In this document: positions 23,473 through 36,015 of the stretch, one piece after another | Position numbering within the stretch: position 1 is the first letter of the stretch | Layout of the letters: the number at the start of each line of letters is the position of its first letter | Assembly: GCA_010093705.1 (NCBI GenBank) | Contig: MU006101.1 | Location: 667,673-731,672 of the forward strand | Source of the DNA: Patellaria atrata CBS 101060 | Taxonomy: Eukaryota | Direction of reading: 5' to 3' | DNA: 64,000 nt | Notes under the pieces: generated by a model | What the model was told of the DNA's origin: nothing | Databases searched by the model: none | Seen by the model: only the letters and a program-made list of their open reading frames with translations | Position numbers and translations under genes: made by a program

Positions 23473-24509
23473 ATGAGCGAATCGTATGCGCCGCCATCTG
23501 TACGCCGAGAATCTCTTCCCACTGCATCATGCATGCCTAGAAACATCTGCTGACGACTCAATAGGGCCCTCCGCCTCCTCAAGTTCCAGAAGGCTGGAAA
23601 GCGCAATGGAATGGTATATTTCCAACTGGCCACAAGCTCTTTTGCATTCAGCAACACTAACTATACGGAACAGACCAGTATAAGGAATGGTTCTATGTAA
23701 ACCTCTTCACCAAGAAGTCCCAATGGGACAAACCCACCGAACCTGCGCATCCGGATTACAATCATGAAGCACCCAGTAGTGCTCCTCCAGGCTACCATGA
23801 AGGTGAGCAGAAGACTGCGCCTTCGGAGAAATCCAACCTCTCATCGAACAATCCATACGCGGGGATCACTGCTTCATCTTCTCAGAATTTGAGTGAGGAT
23901 GAACGTCTTGCGCGTCAGCTCCAAGCCGAAGAAGAGGCGCGCGCTCACGGCCGTCCTACGAGCCGCGGTGCTGCTGATGGTTATTACCAGCAAAGTCAAC
24001 CCCAGGGACAATATGGACAGTCCCAATACGGCCAGCAGCAGCAACAGGGGTATTCGGGTACCCCTGGGCCTTACGAACAACGACAGCATCAGTCGCAGGA
24101 CAAAGGCAAGCCAAAAGGGGGCTTTCTTGGAAAACTGTTGAGCAAAGCATCTGCTGCGTCTCACAGTCACGGCTCTCACGGAGCTAGTACGCATTATGGA
24201 CCCCCACACCAACAATACTATGGAGCACCGCACGCAAGTCCGTTTGGATATGGACATGCTCCAGGACACGGGTATCCACAGCAGGCAATGTACGGCAAAC
24301 CTCATAAGAGTGGTGGTGGCATGGGGGCTGGTGGTGCTGCAGCGCTCGGTTTAGGTGCTGGTGTATTAGGAGGCGCGCTGATTGCCGATCAGGTAGATGA
24401 TATGCAAGATGATGCTTATGCACAGGGCTATAATGATGGTGATAACGGGAATGACTTCGGTGGTGGAGACGATTTCGGAGGTGGTGACTTTGGCGGAGGT
24501 GACTTCTAA
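23473..24509 (+). CDS. WW-domain protein with Gln/Gly/His-rich tail (Wwm1-like), 3 exons
   Basis: Spliced MSESYAPPS/GPPPPQVPEGWKAQWN/DQYKEWFYVNLFTKKSQWDKP is a WW domain. It continues with SEDERLARQLQAEE, GAALGLGAGVLGGALI and a GGDF-repeat end. Confidence 0.85.
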
Positions 24510-24804
24510 TCGTTCACACACCTTGGGGGGCTGTCTTATGGAGTAAAATGGGTCTGATAGGGAAGAATTCATATATCCTAACTCACGTCTGTATTTTTGT
24601 TTGAACAAAAAGAATATGTTCTCTACCTATCCATGGATATCTTATCGAATAAGTCTCACCAGTCCCACCAGTTTATGCAGCTTATGTGACGTCAAACCAC
24701 GCGAAAACAGTTTAATCTTCTACAGGGACACCTCTGTCCCATACCTTTCCCCAATAAAACTGCAACTAATATAGAGAGAGGAAAATAACTCCTCTAAGCT
24801 CCCA

Positions 24805-25995
24805 ATGTCGTCGACACGACCCCGCAACATCGTCATCATCGGCGGCGGCATAATCGGCAGCACAACTGCCTATTTCCTCTCCCATCACCCCTCCTACAAC
24901 CCCTCCCGTGACAGTATCACCATACTCGAAGCGTCCAGCATTGCGGGCGGCGCATCTGGAAAAGCTGGAGGTCTATTAGCCCTTTGGGCATACCCGAGCT
25001 GTATCGTCCCGCTCAGCTTCCGATTGCACAGGGAGCTAGCAGACCAACATAACGGGAGAGAAAGATGGGGATACAGGGAGGTGGCGGTCGGCAGCATAGA
25101 TCTAAGAGTTAAAAAGCGTTCCGAGGCAAGAGAGACGAACGGGGACGGCGTGAGTTTACAGAAGCGCTCTGATGATGCCGTCAAGAAATTACAGAAAGCG
25201 GGCGTGCCAGAAGACCTCGACTGGGTGGATCCAGAAGCCGTATACGGCTACGAAGAGATGGCCGGAAAAGGAGAAACGGCACAAGTGCATCCATACCTCT
25301 TCACGACCTCGATGGCCGCGCTCGCACAAGAAAAAGGAGTAAAGATAATCTACGGGATGGCGACATCCATAAACTTCTCCTCCTCCCCCCAACTCAACGT
25401 CGAATCAATAACCTACACCCCCAAACCCTCCACAACTTCAGAAACCCTACCTGCAACCGATGTCATCGTCTCCGCCGGGCCCTGGACCCCTCAACTCCTC
25501 CCGCGGGCCCCTATAACCGCCCTCCGGGCCCACAGCGTCACGATCCGGCCCTCCCGCCCCATCAGCGCCTACGCCCTCTTCACCTCCATCCAGCTCACCA
25601 CCCCGCGCTCCACCGTCCTCACCGCGCCCGAGATCTACACCCGTCCCAACGACGAGATCTACGCCTGCGGCGAGGGCGACCGCGTCGTCCCGCTTCCCCC
25701 CACCACCGCGGACGTCGAGGTCGATCTGAAACGCTGCGAGGAGATTGAAAGTACGGTCAGGAGCGTGAGTGAAGTGTTGGATCGGGGAGAGGTGTTGGTG
25801 AGACAGGCGTGCTATTTGCCGAATGGGGGGCCGTGGGTCGGCGAGACGGGGGTACGTGGGGTCGTGTTGGCTGCTGGGCATACGTGTTGGGGCATTCAGA
25901 ATGCGCCGGGGACGGGCTTGTGTGTTAGTGAGTTGGTGTGGGAGGGGAAGGTTAAGAGCGCGAATATCAAGTCGTTGATGCCGAGGGGGGTATAA
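24805..25995 (+). CDS. FAD-dependent oxidoreductase, DAO family (Tda3/Btn3-like)
   Basis: IVIIGGGIIG FAD motif, GGASGKAGGLLA, TAQVHPY, RQACYLP and AGHTCWGIQNAPGTG; intronless. Confidence 0.9.
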   Translation: MSSTRPRNIVIIGGGIIGSTTAYFLSHHPSYNPSRDSITILEASSIAGGASGKAGGLLALWAYPSCIVPLSFRLHRELADQHNGRERWGYREVAVGSIDLRVKKRSEARETNGDGVSLQKRSDDAVKKLQKAGVPEDLDWVDPEAVYGYEEMAGKGETAQVHPYLFTTSMAALAQEKGVKIIYGMATSINFSSSPQLNVESITYTPKPSTTSETLPATDVIVSAGPWTPQLLPRAPITALRAHSVTIRPSRPISAYALFTSIQLTTPRSTVLTAPEIYTRPNDEIYACGEGDRVVPLPPTTADVEVDLKRCEEIESTVRSVSEVLDRGEVLVRQACYLPNGGPWVGETGVRGVVLAAGHTCWGIQNAPGTGLCVSELVWEGKVKSANIKSLMPRGV

Positions 25996-26703
25996 AAGGG
26001 GAGAGATATAGGGAAGAAGTACCAGTGCGATGTGAGTGGGAAGAGAGGAGCTTTGCAAGCGCTGTCGGGAATGAATATCGTGAATTTTGAAGGACAAAGC
26101 CTGAAGTCCTCTAATATACCTTGGACACATAAGTGTTTACTACCTAAGAACCTAACCATTAGCTCTGACAACCTGTACTGTACTGTAAAAGCCCCACACA
26201 AAATCCGCACTTGGAAGCATCTAGTACGATTTCTAAAGATAAACATACCGTACCTCTCCCCCTTAGACCTTGCTGTCCCCATTATCTACCGTACGTTCGC
26301 CGTACCGTGACCCTGTAAACCTGATTTACCAGTCGCTGTCTCTTTCTCCTCGGAACGACGTAGGCTCCGAACCTGGGTAATCGTACAGTAAATATGGATT
26401 ACACTGACTCTTACCCAGCGTTGGCGCTCTCACGTACCGTACGTGTCGTCATCTCTTATTCAATCTCAATTCGCTGGGAGTTGCGAACTTGAAGTGACTC
26501 TCTAGTACGTGTATACCCGACATCTCATATATCACTTAGGAGAGTTCGGATCATTCGGCAGCTCTGCGTAGGGACAGTGTCAATAAATATCGCAAGAATT
26601 GTCCAGTTGGACGAAACGAGAGAGAGGTAGAAACCGCATTGTTTGCGTATTCATCAGCACAAAAATCGTACTATAAAGTGGTATCAAAACTAGAATTAGA
26701 CTC

Positions 26704-28921
26704 CTATTCCTCTTGCACCTCCTCCCACCTGGTCTCATTCCCTTGTGCGTAGAACAACTTCACTGGTTTCTCACCCGCATTCGAAAGGCTGTAGGTATTT
26801 CCTAAAGCATAAAACGTCAGTAAGAATCAAAATGTACGGTAGGATGTATCTTACCTCTTGGGACACCAAAGCTGCCACCCTGGCTGACGATGAAACTGTT
26901 ATTGTTGACAACGGCTTGGACTCGTCCTTTGTGTACGAAGAACAGCATGTACATCCTTCTCGCGGACTTCGTTCGTTTAAAACCCCCTACGGGAATATCT
27001 ATCATCCCAGAGCCAATGTAATGGTTGGTGAATATTCTCATGAACGAGAAGTTCGCCCCATCTACAGGTCGTGTGTTGTTCAGATGAGCTGCGCTCCAAG
27101 CAATTACTAGAAGGGGTTTATGTTAGTCTATAACGCCGAGCCATAGCACTATGAAGCATACCTTCTTCCATTAGTTCGCCTTCCTCGCCGATCCCCATGC
27201 TCTCATCCCATGATCGAACATTGACACTGAGGGCGCCACCTTCTTCTTCCCAGGGTTCAATTTGACTTTCATCTTCCTCCTCATCTACGACACTAAGCGT
27301 TGTCGTTGCGCGACGACCTCTCCTAATTCTTCTCCGAGTTTGTTTTTTCTCTACGACATCATCTTTTCTAATCACTCTAACCGCAGAACCGTCAGCAGTT
27401 CTCTCAACACCTTCGTTCTTCCAGAATTGAAGGGGCTTGAGTGCAAGACGTCCTCTTTTTGTTCTGTAGTGATCTTGCCCTTCACCAGGGTCTTCGTAGC
27501 GTTCAACTTGGAGGGGTCGACTGATGCCCAGGGTGCTTTTGGTAGGACTTGAAGTGAAGCTCCGAGCCTCAACACTTTTCAGGATCGGCTTCTTGGGAGA
27601 TGTGAAGATATTAGCATCTCTTTCCTTAGGTGCAGACTTTTTCGGCTTCCTTCCTTTGGCTGGTTTAGCGGATGGGCCAGCAACGTCTTCCGTATCTGCA
27701 TCACGGTGGACGGGAAGCTTGCGACCACTCCCCTTTGGTCGACCTTTCCGCTTCGGAGCGGCATCAGTTGTGGAAGCAATCGGTTCGTCGAGAGTAGGAG
27801 CGTCATCCACTATGTTATTACCCAAGACGGTGCTGAAATCCGAAGGTCTCCCCCTCTTCCTCTCTGCGCCAGGGATAGGGACTTCGTTCGATTTACCAAC
27901 ATCCGGACGCTGAGGTGCTGACAGTAGTTTCGATCTGCCTCTTCCTCGTTTTGCTGGGGGTTGGGATGGTTCAGCAGGAATCTCTCGAGGAGGAGAGTGG
28001 TTTTCGAGGTTCGTCTTAGTTCTTCCTTTTTTCTTCGGGGGCGGCATAATCGTCTCATCATCTTGTGGTTCCGGCTCAAGATCGGGAACATCATTCAAGT
28101 TCTCCGCAAAATCAAGCAGCGGCTCATTATCGTCTAATCCGATATCGTCGTATGGAATTATAGGAACATCGATACTATCATCGGCCTCCGCTATGCTATC
28201 ATCGAAAGTTCTCTTACGGCCCTTTTCCGGTGACTGTACCGCAAATATGTCTAGGCGCGGTTGAACCGTACTCGCGTCACGTTTTTCTTTCGCCATTATC
28301 GGCGTCTCTGGGCCGGTATCATTCTCATCGGCTCCAAAATCCAGTCTTCTATTTACAGCGGGATGCGAGGTTGCGCGATAGGGTGTGATTACTGACTTTC
28401 TGAGTTGTGAAACGGGACCCATTGATGATTGCCGGCGTGGGGAAGAGCCCAGGTTAGTCTTGATAGGGGAGCGACCTAGTGGAGGTGGAAAGATAGTTCT
28501 GGAATTACCGCGTAGAACGTGTCGAGCATGGAGGGTGTCGTCTGGTTCTGGGATTGAGCCTTAAAGTAATGTTAGTGTGGGTGTTACTGTTTGGCTTTAC
28601 ATCTGTTTTTGCGCTCAATGGAATGTTCACCAAACATACTTTGCTGCACATCCATATCCGTAGAGGATGTTAGAGTACCATCTGATTTCTTGATAGGCCG
28701 CTTTTTCGGTTGCGACCTCTCAGGCGATGAGAATATGCCGTCAATAGGTTCGAAACCATGTTCATCACGGATTCCAGTATCTTTCAATGTGATTCCCGTT
28801 TTCCTAAACACCGATTAGCATGGAGTAAACAATGCGCCGAGGCCATTGTTAAGACTTACCGTCCTTGAACACCGATATCAAAGAAGTTGTTTTCGCGCTT
28901 CTTGCGACCTGGAGTAGACAT
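26704..28921 (-). CDS. MIF2: Centromere protein C (Mif2/Cnp3), multi-exon
   Basis: N-terminal FFDIGVQGRKTGITLKDTGIRDEHGFEPIDGIFSSP, AT-hooks (KRGRP, RKGRP), CENP-C motif RTKRGRLALKPLQFWKNE, and a C-terminal cupin (GFKRTKSARRMYMLFFVHKG...VPRGNTYSL...KLFYAQG). Confidence 0.92.
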
Positions 28922-29001
28922 CTTAAAATATTAATACAGGTTGATGTTCGTAAATAAGTCGAGAGATGTCTTTGTGGGGTTGGATCATCGGTTGGTGGGT
29001 G

Positions 29002-29039
29002 ACGCGCTGTTAGAAATATTCGTTGCCAAGAGAACGCGT
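29002..29039. promoter_or_regulatory. MCB elements in the 295-bp divergent CENP-C / RNase H2A promoter
   Basis: ACGCGC at 29002-29007 and ACGCGT at 29034-29039. Confidence 0.45.
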
Positions 29040-29215
29040 CTCCCTATAAATTCACTTCACTACCAACAAACGAATGTGTTACACTTCGTTGCTAACTTTA
29101 TTCAAACAGTGGTTTTTGTGATTTTTTCGGTCTACTTTTACTACTCAAGAGCGGTTATACAAAATTCATTTATATTTTACGGTCCAGTTCCGGAAATTCC
29201 CCCCATCCCGCAAGA

Positions 29216-30277
29216 ATGGATGAAACAATGACTGAGGTCGTTGACATGTCTCAAGAGACTCCCGCTGAAGATGTGTTCAAGGCCCCATCAATACTCTTAG
29301 AGGACATTTTAATGGGGCATTCATATGCTCATTACTCTCCAGTTCCGGCTGTTCTCAAAGAAGATATGATGACGGAGTGTGTACTGGGCGTGGATGAGGC
29401 TGGAAGAGGACCTGTACTTGGTATGCAAAAGGCACCACTTGATCGAAATACCTGCACATACTTACAATCTGTAGGGCCAATGGTATACGGTGTTTTCTAC
29501 CTTCCACTTAGTACCGAACAACCCCTTCTAGTCGATACACATCACTTTGATGATTCTAAAGTCCTTACTCCGGCCGTCCGCTCCGATCTCATGGAAAAGT
29601 TATGTACGACCGATACTGATCTCTATAAAACATGTGGCTGGGCTACCAAGGTTATGTCTGCTCGAGATATCTCAGCCGGAATGCTTAAACCCATTGCAAC
29701 ATATAATCTCAATGCTCAAGCAATGGATGCAACTATTGAGCTAATTCGAGGTGTATTTGCTCTGGGTATAAATGTGAAGCACATATACATCGACACAATT
29801 GGGAGACCTGAAGTGTATCAGAGGAAATTGGAGCGTATATTCCCCAATGTTGAAATCACAGTGGCAAAGAAAGCAGACTCATTATACCCTTGTGTGTCAG
29901 CGGCCTCAGTATGCGCCAAGGTGACGAGAGATGCTGCACTTGAGGTTGCATATGAAACATACACGGAAAATTCGTCTATAATTACTATTAATGGTTGGGG
30001 TTCTGGATATCCTTCTGACTCCCGCTGTGTTAATTGGCTTAAGCAGAACATTGACCCGGTATTTGGCTGGGGTAGCGAATGCCGTTTCAGCTGGGGAACT
30101 TCCAAGGACATATTAGAAGGAAAGGGTTCGGACTTGCGCGTTGACTGGCCTGATATGGACGACGATAATGGGACTAAGATGACCGATTTCTTTACATTTT
30201 CTACCGAAGAGCGAGAGCAGGAAGGAGATGAACTGTCTAAGTGGTATGGTAGAAGAGTCACCGAAGGGGTATTCTGA
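29216..30277 (+). CDS. RNH201: Ribonuclease H2 catalytic subunit A
   Basis: LGVDEAGRGPVLG/PMVYG, FDDSK, IYIDTIG, KKADSLYPCVSAASVCAKVTRD and GSGYPSD. One in-frame intron at about 29421-29474. Confidence 0.95.
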   Translation: MDETMTEVVDMSQETPAEDVFKAPSILLEDILMGHSYAHYSPVPAVLKEDMMTECVLGVDEAGRGPVLGMQKAPLDRNTCTYLQSVGPMVYGVFYLPLSTEQPLLVDTHHFDDSKVLTPAVRSDLMEKLCTTDTDLYKTCGWATKVMSARDISAGMLKPIATYNLNAQAMDATIELIRGVFALGINVKHIYIDTIGRPEVYQRKLERIFPNVEITVAKKADSLYPCVSAASVCAKVTRDAALEVAYETYTENSSIITINGWGSGYPSDSRCVNWLKQNIDPVFGWGSECRFSWGTSKDILEGKGSDLRVDWPDMDDDNGTKMTDFFTFSTEEREQEGDELSKWYGRRVTEGVF

Positions 30278-31179
30278 TATGCTATGCATACCGCCTCGAC
30301 TTTTGCTGCATCTGTGGAAGGGATTTAAGGAAGACCTCTATAAGCATTCTTGGACGCACTCGAGCCAGAAATTACCCAAAGCGGGCTGCACATTTACGGA
30401 CCGAATTGCATCCTAGAATGATTCAAGTTTCAGACTTTCGGTTCTAATGTACCAGTAACTCCACCTGTACCGATATTTGCGGCATCGGTGCTCGGTTCAT
30501 TCGCTTTTTACGGGTATCGGATCAACTAAAAGCGCGCATCTCCAAAACCCCTGAGTCTTAGCGACAAAGCCGATTCGAAACTCCTATGATCGGAGTGTGT
30601 TATTGAACGACATGCCTGACCGTGTGGATGGAGCTTTATGGTTGTTTTCGTTATCTTGCATGGACGGACTCGGACTCTTGAACCGTTGATAATGCATGCG
30701 AATAAGACCAAGATAGGTGTTTGTTTTATAGAAAGCCGGCATATGCGTGTGTATTCGCTATAAGGTCGAGTCTGCGCCTCATTTAAAGTCGTTGAAATAG
30801 GGTATGAAGGGAATTCTGAACCGGGTATAGCCGCACCGAGAGCTCCGGTACTGGTCTCAGTGGGGATCAACCAAACCCCCTGAGTTAGCTTTGTATAGGC
30901 AGCAGTAAAGATTGATATAGTTCATCATATCAATAATTTGCTTTCTCGTCCGATTTCAAATCCAGATATGCTACTAACTGATTGCTCAATGGGCGAAATG
31001 CGCCCTTTATTTGTCACTTATGAGTCAATGCATGCTTAGAAGTTTCATAAACCGTTCTTTAGCTGTAGTTTTGCTTTAAAATCCTGGAAGAGAATCTCAC
31101 TTCACTGATCATACTATATTCATTTTCGCAAACCAAACTCCATTGCTATCATCCGCAGGTTGAACAGAAAGCTAGCACT

Positions 31180-31926
31180 ATGGCAGAAGACTCTCCAATG
31201 GCGGATTTGGAACTCCATCCAGCCACATCTTCATCTGATACGTCTACCACCTCAAAGATCTACATGTATGGCAGTCTCCCTCCAACCCTGCTCTCCGTCA
31301 CAAGAGTCACCAGGCCCTCCGATTTTGCCCACACTCGCACCCTCTTCGAGGCCTATGCCGCGTCTCTTTCCGTTTCCCTTGACTTCCAAAACTTTACCAT
31401 GGAGCTCGAAACTCTCGGATCCAGGACCTCTGCGTACGGTCCCCCGGGAGGAGGTATCTGGCTTGCATGGGGTCTTCCCCATGGTCATTCAGTCAGCTCC
31501 ACTACCCAACCCCCAACCTCGTCTAGTCCTCTTGCGTCTTCAGGTGCAAAACCTCAGGGGAGCGCCGCGTCCTTAGAACCCCTAGGCGTCGTTGCACTCC
31601 GCTCTCTTCCTCATCTGGGCCCGGAAATCTGCGAGATGAAACGGCTTTACGTCAATCCAGCGGCACGGGGTTTAGGGGTCGGGCGAGTGCTGATCAAAAA
31701 AGTGATTGAAGAGGCATGTCTTAGGGGTTACAAGGCAATGATGTTGGATACGCTAAGCACGATGACGGCCGCAAGGAGGTTGTATGAGGAGGCCGGTTTC
31801 GGGGAGTGTGAACGGTATTATGGAAACGAATATGAAGGCGTGGTGTTTATGAGGTTGGATTTAGGGAGGGTAGTACTGGATTCGGAGGCGGTGTGGCGAG
31901 TTTATGGTGCTTTTGGGGGTGAATGA
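31180..31926 (+). CDS. GNAT-family acetyltransferase
   Basis: SLDFQNF...YGPPGG, CEMKRLYVNPAARGLGVGR (acetyl-CoA motif A), MMLDTL, ARRLYEEAGF and ERYY. Confidence 0.88.
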   Translation: MAEDSPMADLELHPATSSSDTSTTSKIYMYGSLPPTLLSVTRVTRPSDFAHTRTLFEAYAASLSVSLDFQNFTMELETLGSRTSAYGPPGGGIWLAWGLPHGHSVSSTTQPPTSSSPLASSGAKPQGSAASLEPLGVVALRSLPHLGPEICEMKRLYVNPAARGLGVGRVLIKKVIEEACLRGYKAMMLDTLSTMTAARRLYEEAGFGECERYYGNEYEGVVFMRLDLGRVVLDSEAVWRVYGAFGGE

Positions 31927-32023
31927 TTGACAGACAAGTGTACGCTGATCAGAGACTACTAGCTATGGGAGGTATACGTTATAATAATTTGCTATTACGA
32001 GACTAGAATTTCTACTCAAAGAG

Positions 32024-32353
32024 CTATTGATAGGCCTTGCTTTCCCAGGCAGCACTAGACGGACCCGTCCTAGCCCCTCCCCTTCTCCGAAGTTCGTCTT
32101 GAACCAGACGACTAGTGTGATCCAAGAGCCCCTTAACAGCTTCGTCATACGTTCTGCACATTGGTCCTTCGACTTCTAGATAAGGCCTCTCTCTACCATC
32201 TCCCTCTACGACAGCGACAATTGCTGTATCTTTGTCGCGAACGATCGAGACTAGGTAGATCTGATTGGTAGAACCTGACAAGAATCTCATATTGTCGATG
32301 ATTTGCTCACGAAGATCGCTAAACTTCGGGTAGGCAGATGTTAGGAACCTCAT
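32024..32353 (-). CDS. Small hypothetical protein (109 aa)
   Basis: ATG-initiated ORF with protein-like composition in an otherwise empty interval. No family recognised. Confidence 0.4.
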   Translation of the reverse strand: MRFLTSAYPKFSDLREQIIDNMRFLSGSTNQIYLVSIVRDKDTAIVAVVEGDGRERPYLEVEGPMCRTYDEAVKGLLDHTSRLVQDELRRRGGARTGPSSAAWESKAYQ

Positions 32354-33002
32354 ATTGGACTCTCGACGTTTAGCTTTCTTTCTTAGTTGATAGAACGGCT
32401 GGTAATATAAGTTGTTTAAGAATGCTTTGACGCGAAATGGTGAGAAGATTCGCTGTAGTAAAATCTACGAATGCATTTCCGAAGCCTTAGTAGAGACTCG
32501 AAGATAGGTAAACGCTCGGTGGTAAAGGCAACATCAACTTAAATGCGGAGATATGAAATGCTGGAAGTAGTCATCAACGCCTTGATGCAGTTCTGCTAGG
32601 AATAGATTCGAGCTTCAAGACAGGTTCAAGAAACAAGTTCTCTAAGATGGGACGGGAAAGGCTTTGAGCAGATTTTGAGATGCCTCAAAAGAGAGATTAT
32701 TGCCTGATTCCTCTACATATGGCGCATACCTAGTCTTATATACACAAGTCATGGTGTAGTACCTACCAACCAAAGATTTCTAATAATAACGGTCTCAGAG
32801 TTCAAGGCTGTGTAGGTTATAATCTGACATGAAGCTACCCTAAAGAGGCTTCCAGGTTTGAGATGGTAAGCTGACCAACATTGTGCGGATTGGGCAGGTT
32901 TCGGTCACCGTAGAAATTCACCTCACTTCACGATTAATTACTGCAGTGAGTTGGGTAAGGTGTTGCTCCGCTTTCTTCCCGTCTCAACCTAGAATCAATA
33001 TC

Positions 33003-35484
33003 ATGGAGAAAGAAGCTCCTGACCCCAGGATCTTCAAGAGCTGGGAGGATGCCTTCCAATATCCTATACCGGTTGTTCGTAAATTGGAACAACAGCTGCG
33101 GTTTAACGTCGACGATAGCCGAGAAAAACTTAGGACATTGGTCGGGTATGAAAGAGATGTACATATATAATATACATAAGGGGAAGCTGATAATCTATCT
33201 GTAGGGCGAGCTATCGAGATCTTCTGGGAACCGCCGAACGGATAATTGACATGGATGAGAATATGGAACAAATGGAAGAAACAATAAGTACGATAGGACA
33301 AAAATGTAACTCAAGAGCAATTGAGAAAATATTCAGTAACTACGTGAAGCTCGAAGATCATAATAGAAAACAGAGTGCGTTCAGTGTACTATCGATCTTG
33401 ATATGGACCTCAGCTGATATGCCTGTAAAGACCAACAGCATTATAGTTATGCTGCTCAACTTGCTGTTCTACAAAGTTGCCCCGGCGTCATATCTCGCTT
33501 GCTAAAATCAACCTCTTCCCTGTTGCTTGCTGCTAAGGTTCTTGTATTGTCTCGTCTGTTGCACAAAACTCTATCCCAAGACTCTGCCCTACCGCTGCTT
33601 GAGACCCTACGGAATAGGCTGGCTTCATTAAGGCAAAAACTCCTAAGTTACATCGACAAACAGTTCTCAACCCTAGAAATTGATGTTCCAGCTTTGATTG
33701 AAGCTATGTGTGCGTTCTCATTAGCGACTAGCTCCACCCCCACGGATGTTCTTAGACACTTCCACCATGTTCGGATTGAAGCAATATCAACCCGCCTCGA
33801 ATATTCTTCGCAAAGAGAGCAAAGCATACTAAAATCTCTCAAGCTCTACACACGAACGCTCCACGATACTCAAGCAATATTTCCAAAGAGACTTGCCGAA
33901 TCACTCTCTCGGTTGAAGTCGTATCCTCTCCTGAAGGACAAAGATGTGAACTCAGTAATCGAGTTGAAACTTGATATTCATGAACGCTGGATTGCTGATG
34001 AAGTCCGCAACTTCACTCCTTACCTACGTCATGACGAGCTCAATAGAACGGAAACTGAGAAACTGCTTCGAACCTGGGCGAAGCGAGCTCTTGGCACCGT
34101 CCTTTCTGGTATGAAAACCCTGATTGATCAAGAGGGAGATGTGAAGAGTCTAGTTGATTTAAGAAGAAATGTGCTTGAGACATGGCTTTCATCCACCGGT
34201 AGAGCTCCTGGACAGGACTCCTCTCGTGTTCTGGATGACATACGAGGGACGATGCTGGAACGACTAAAAGGATTGATACAGCACCGTGCAAAGGAATTCG
34301 ATACCTTGCACGTACAAGTCTCACGGATACTTGATCGATGGTCCAAATCTCGTGAATCAGAGGTATCGCTTTGGGATGACTCAATGATTAATATGGATAT
34401 TGGCAACGGCGCATCTAAATTCAAGGAGACGATATTGGCTCGTAGTCATGGGCGTGCTCAATCCGTTAATTATCTGATTTCTCATTACGATGAGTGGGCT
34501 CGTTCGATAGCAGAGGTTCAAAAAGCTATCAAGTCTATGAAGGACACAAGGTGGGACGACGACTTCGATGAGGAGGATAGTGATGATGACGAGCTCGGGC
34601 TCGACTCTAAACAGACACTCTTGAGCGAGAACGATCCTCGAGACCTTGAAGAAGCATTAGCAGAATCCTTATTTACTAATCTTAAGGATACTGGGAGGAG
34701 GCTCGAAGAACTGGCAACTACTATTGTAAAAGATGACAGCGCTGACTCGGCAGGAAAAGCTGTCTTCTTTATCCGGGTATTGAGAGAGGTCACACAACGA
34801 CTACCGAAGCTCGACGCGAAGAAGTCCTCCATAAACAGTCCTCAGTTCTTTTCCACTGCATCTACGGAACCTCTCTTCTCTATTCTGAGCTCTCGGGTAT
34901 CAAAAACACCACTACATTCTTACGCAATGTCTATCAAAAAGAGCGTAAATTCAAAGCGCGTTGTTGCACGTACGCTATGGGAAGGAAATCCACAGCTACC
35001 CGTTCAACCATCTCCAAGAGCTTTCAAATATCTCCATGCTTTAACTCGGGATATGACATCTGTAGGTCCTGATGTTTGGTCTCCAGGTGCTAAACGAGTT
35101 CTGAAGAAAACTGTAGCGGAAGATATGGCTCGTTTGATTGAGGAGATGGTTACCCTAGTCGATGAGGATGAAGTGAAGGATGACCGGAAAACCCAAGTCG
35201 ACGGTGGTGACATTCCAGATGGAGCTAATGATCATAAAGTGAAAGAAATGGATTCGACAATCCTTCGAGCAGAGAAAATCACCCAGATTTTGTATGACAC
35301 ACTATATCTCCGGAAAGTATTCGCTATGCCTAAAGGCGCGGTGGAAAAAAAGGACTCGATTGAACTAGCTGTACAACTTGGAAAACAAAAGGCGAGTCTG
35401 GATGATGCCGCTATGGAACGGTTGAATAAGTCGGCGAATGATTACTGGAAGCGTACATATCTACTATTCGCGATTTTAGCATAG
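33003..35484 (+). CDS. COG1: Conserved oligomeric Golgi complex subunit 1 (Vps51/COG1 N-terminal domain), 3 exons
   Basis: REKLRTLVG/ASYRDLLGTAERIIDM, AKVLVLSRLLHK, LWEGNPQLPVQPSP and C-terminal YWKRTYLLFAIL. Introns at about 33147-33204 and 33375-33430. Confidence 0.85.
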
Positions 35485-36015
35485 TACAGTCCGTATTCTA
35501 ATATTATTTCCCTGTACTACTACCAACTTTATTCTGCTTTGAGTCCAACTTCAAAATTGAATAAGAGCCACACTTGTACTTCACCGATTTCTTCAAGTAT
35601 CTGGGACCCTGTACGACGTGCTTCGACACAACCAGTCGTGAGACTTTTGAAAGACTAGAACAATTTCATACCACAGTTCAATGGTTCCGTACAATTGGCG
35701 CATCGCGCGACTATAACCGTTCCACTTTACAGTCCTACTATTACTGTTTTGCGGTATCATGCTCAAACGTTTCTATAACGTTTGTCTAAGTTCCTTGCAA
35801 AAGCCTTGATATTATTGGACTTCCTATTAATCCCGCGACTTTGGTAAGCCATACCGCACCCGGTCGAGGCGCTCACGTAGCATTAGAAGAACCATCGGTA
35901 GCCCGAAAGCCCTCGGGACTCTATTTCGAAAGCAATAACATTTTACTCTCATCTATTAAGTCGCTCAACACACCGACTAACTAAACCCTCTTTGTTACTT
36001 CTCCAATCCCCGGCA

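Noticed and set aside
29421..29474. In-frame stop-free short introns (RNH201, byr4, XRCC4) as a regulatory pattern
   Set aside because: Introns of about 50 nt that are a multiple of 3 and stop-free are expected by chance fairly often.
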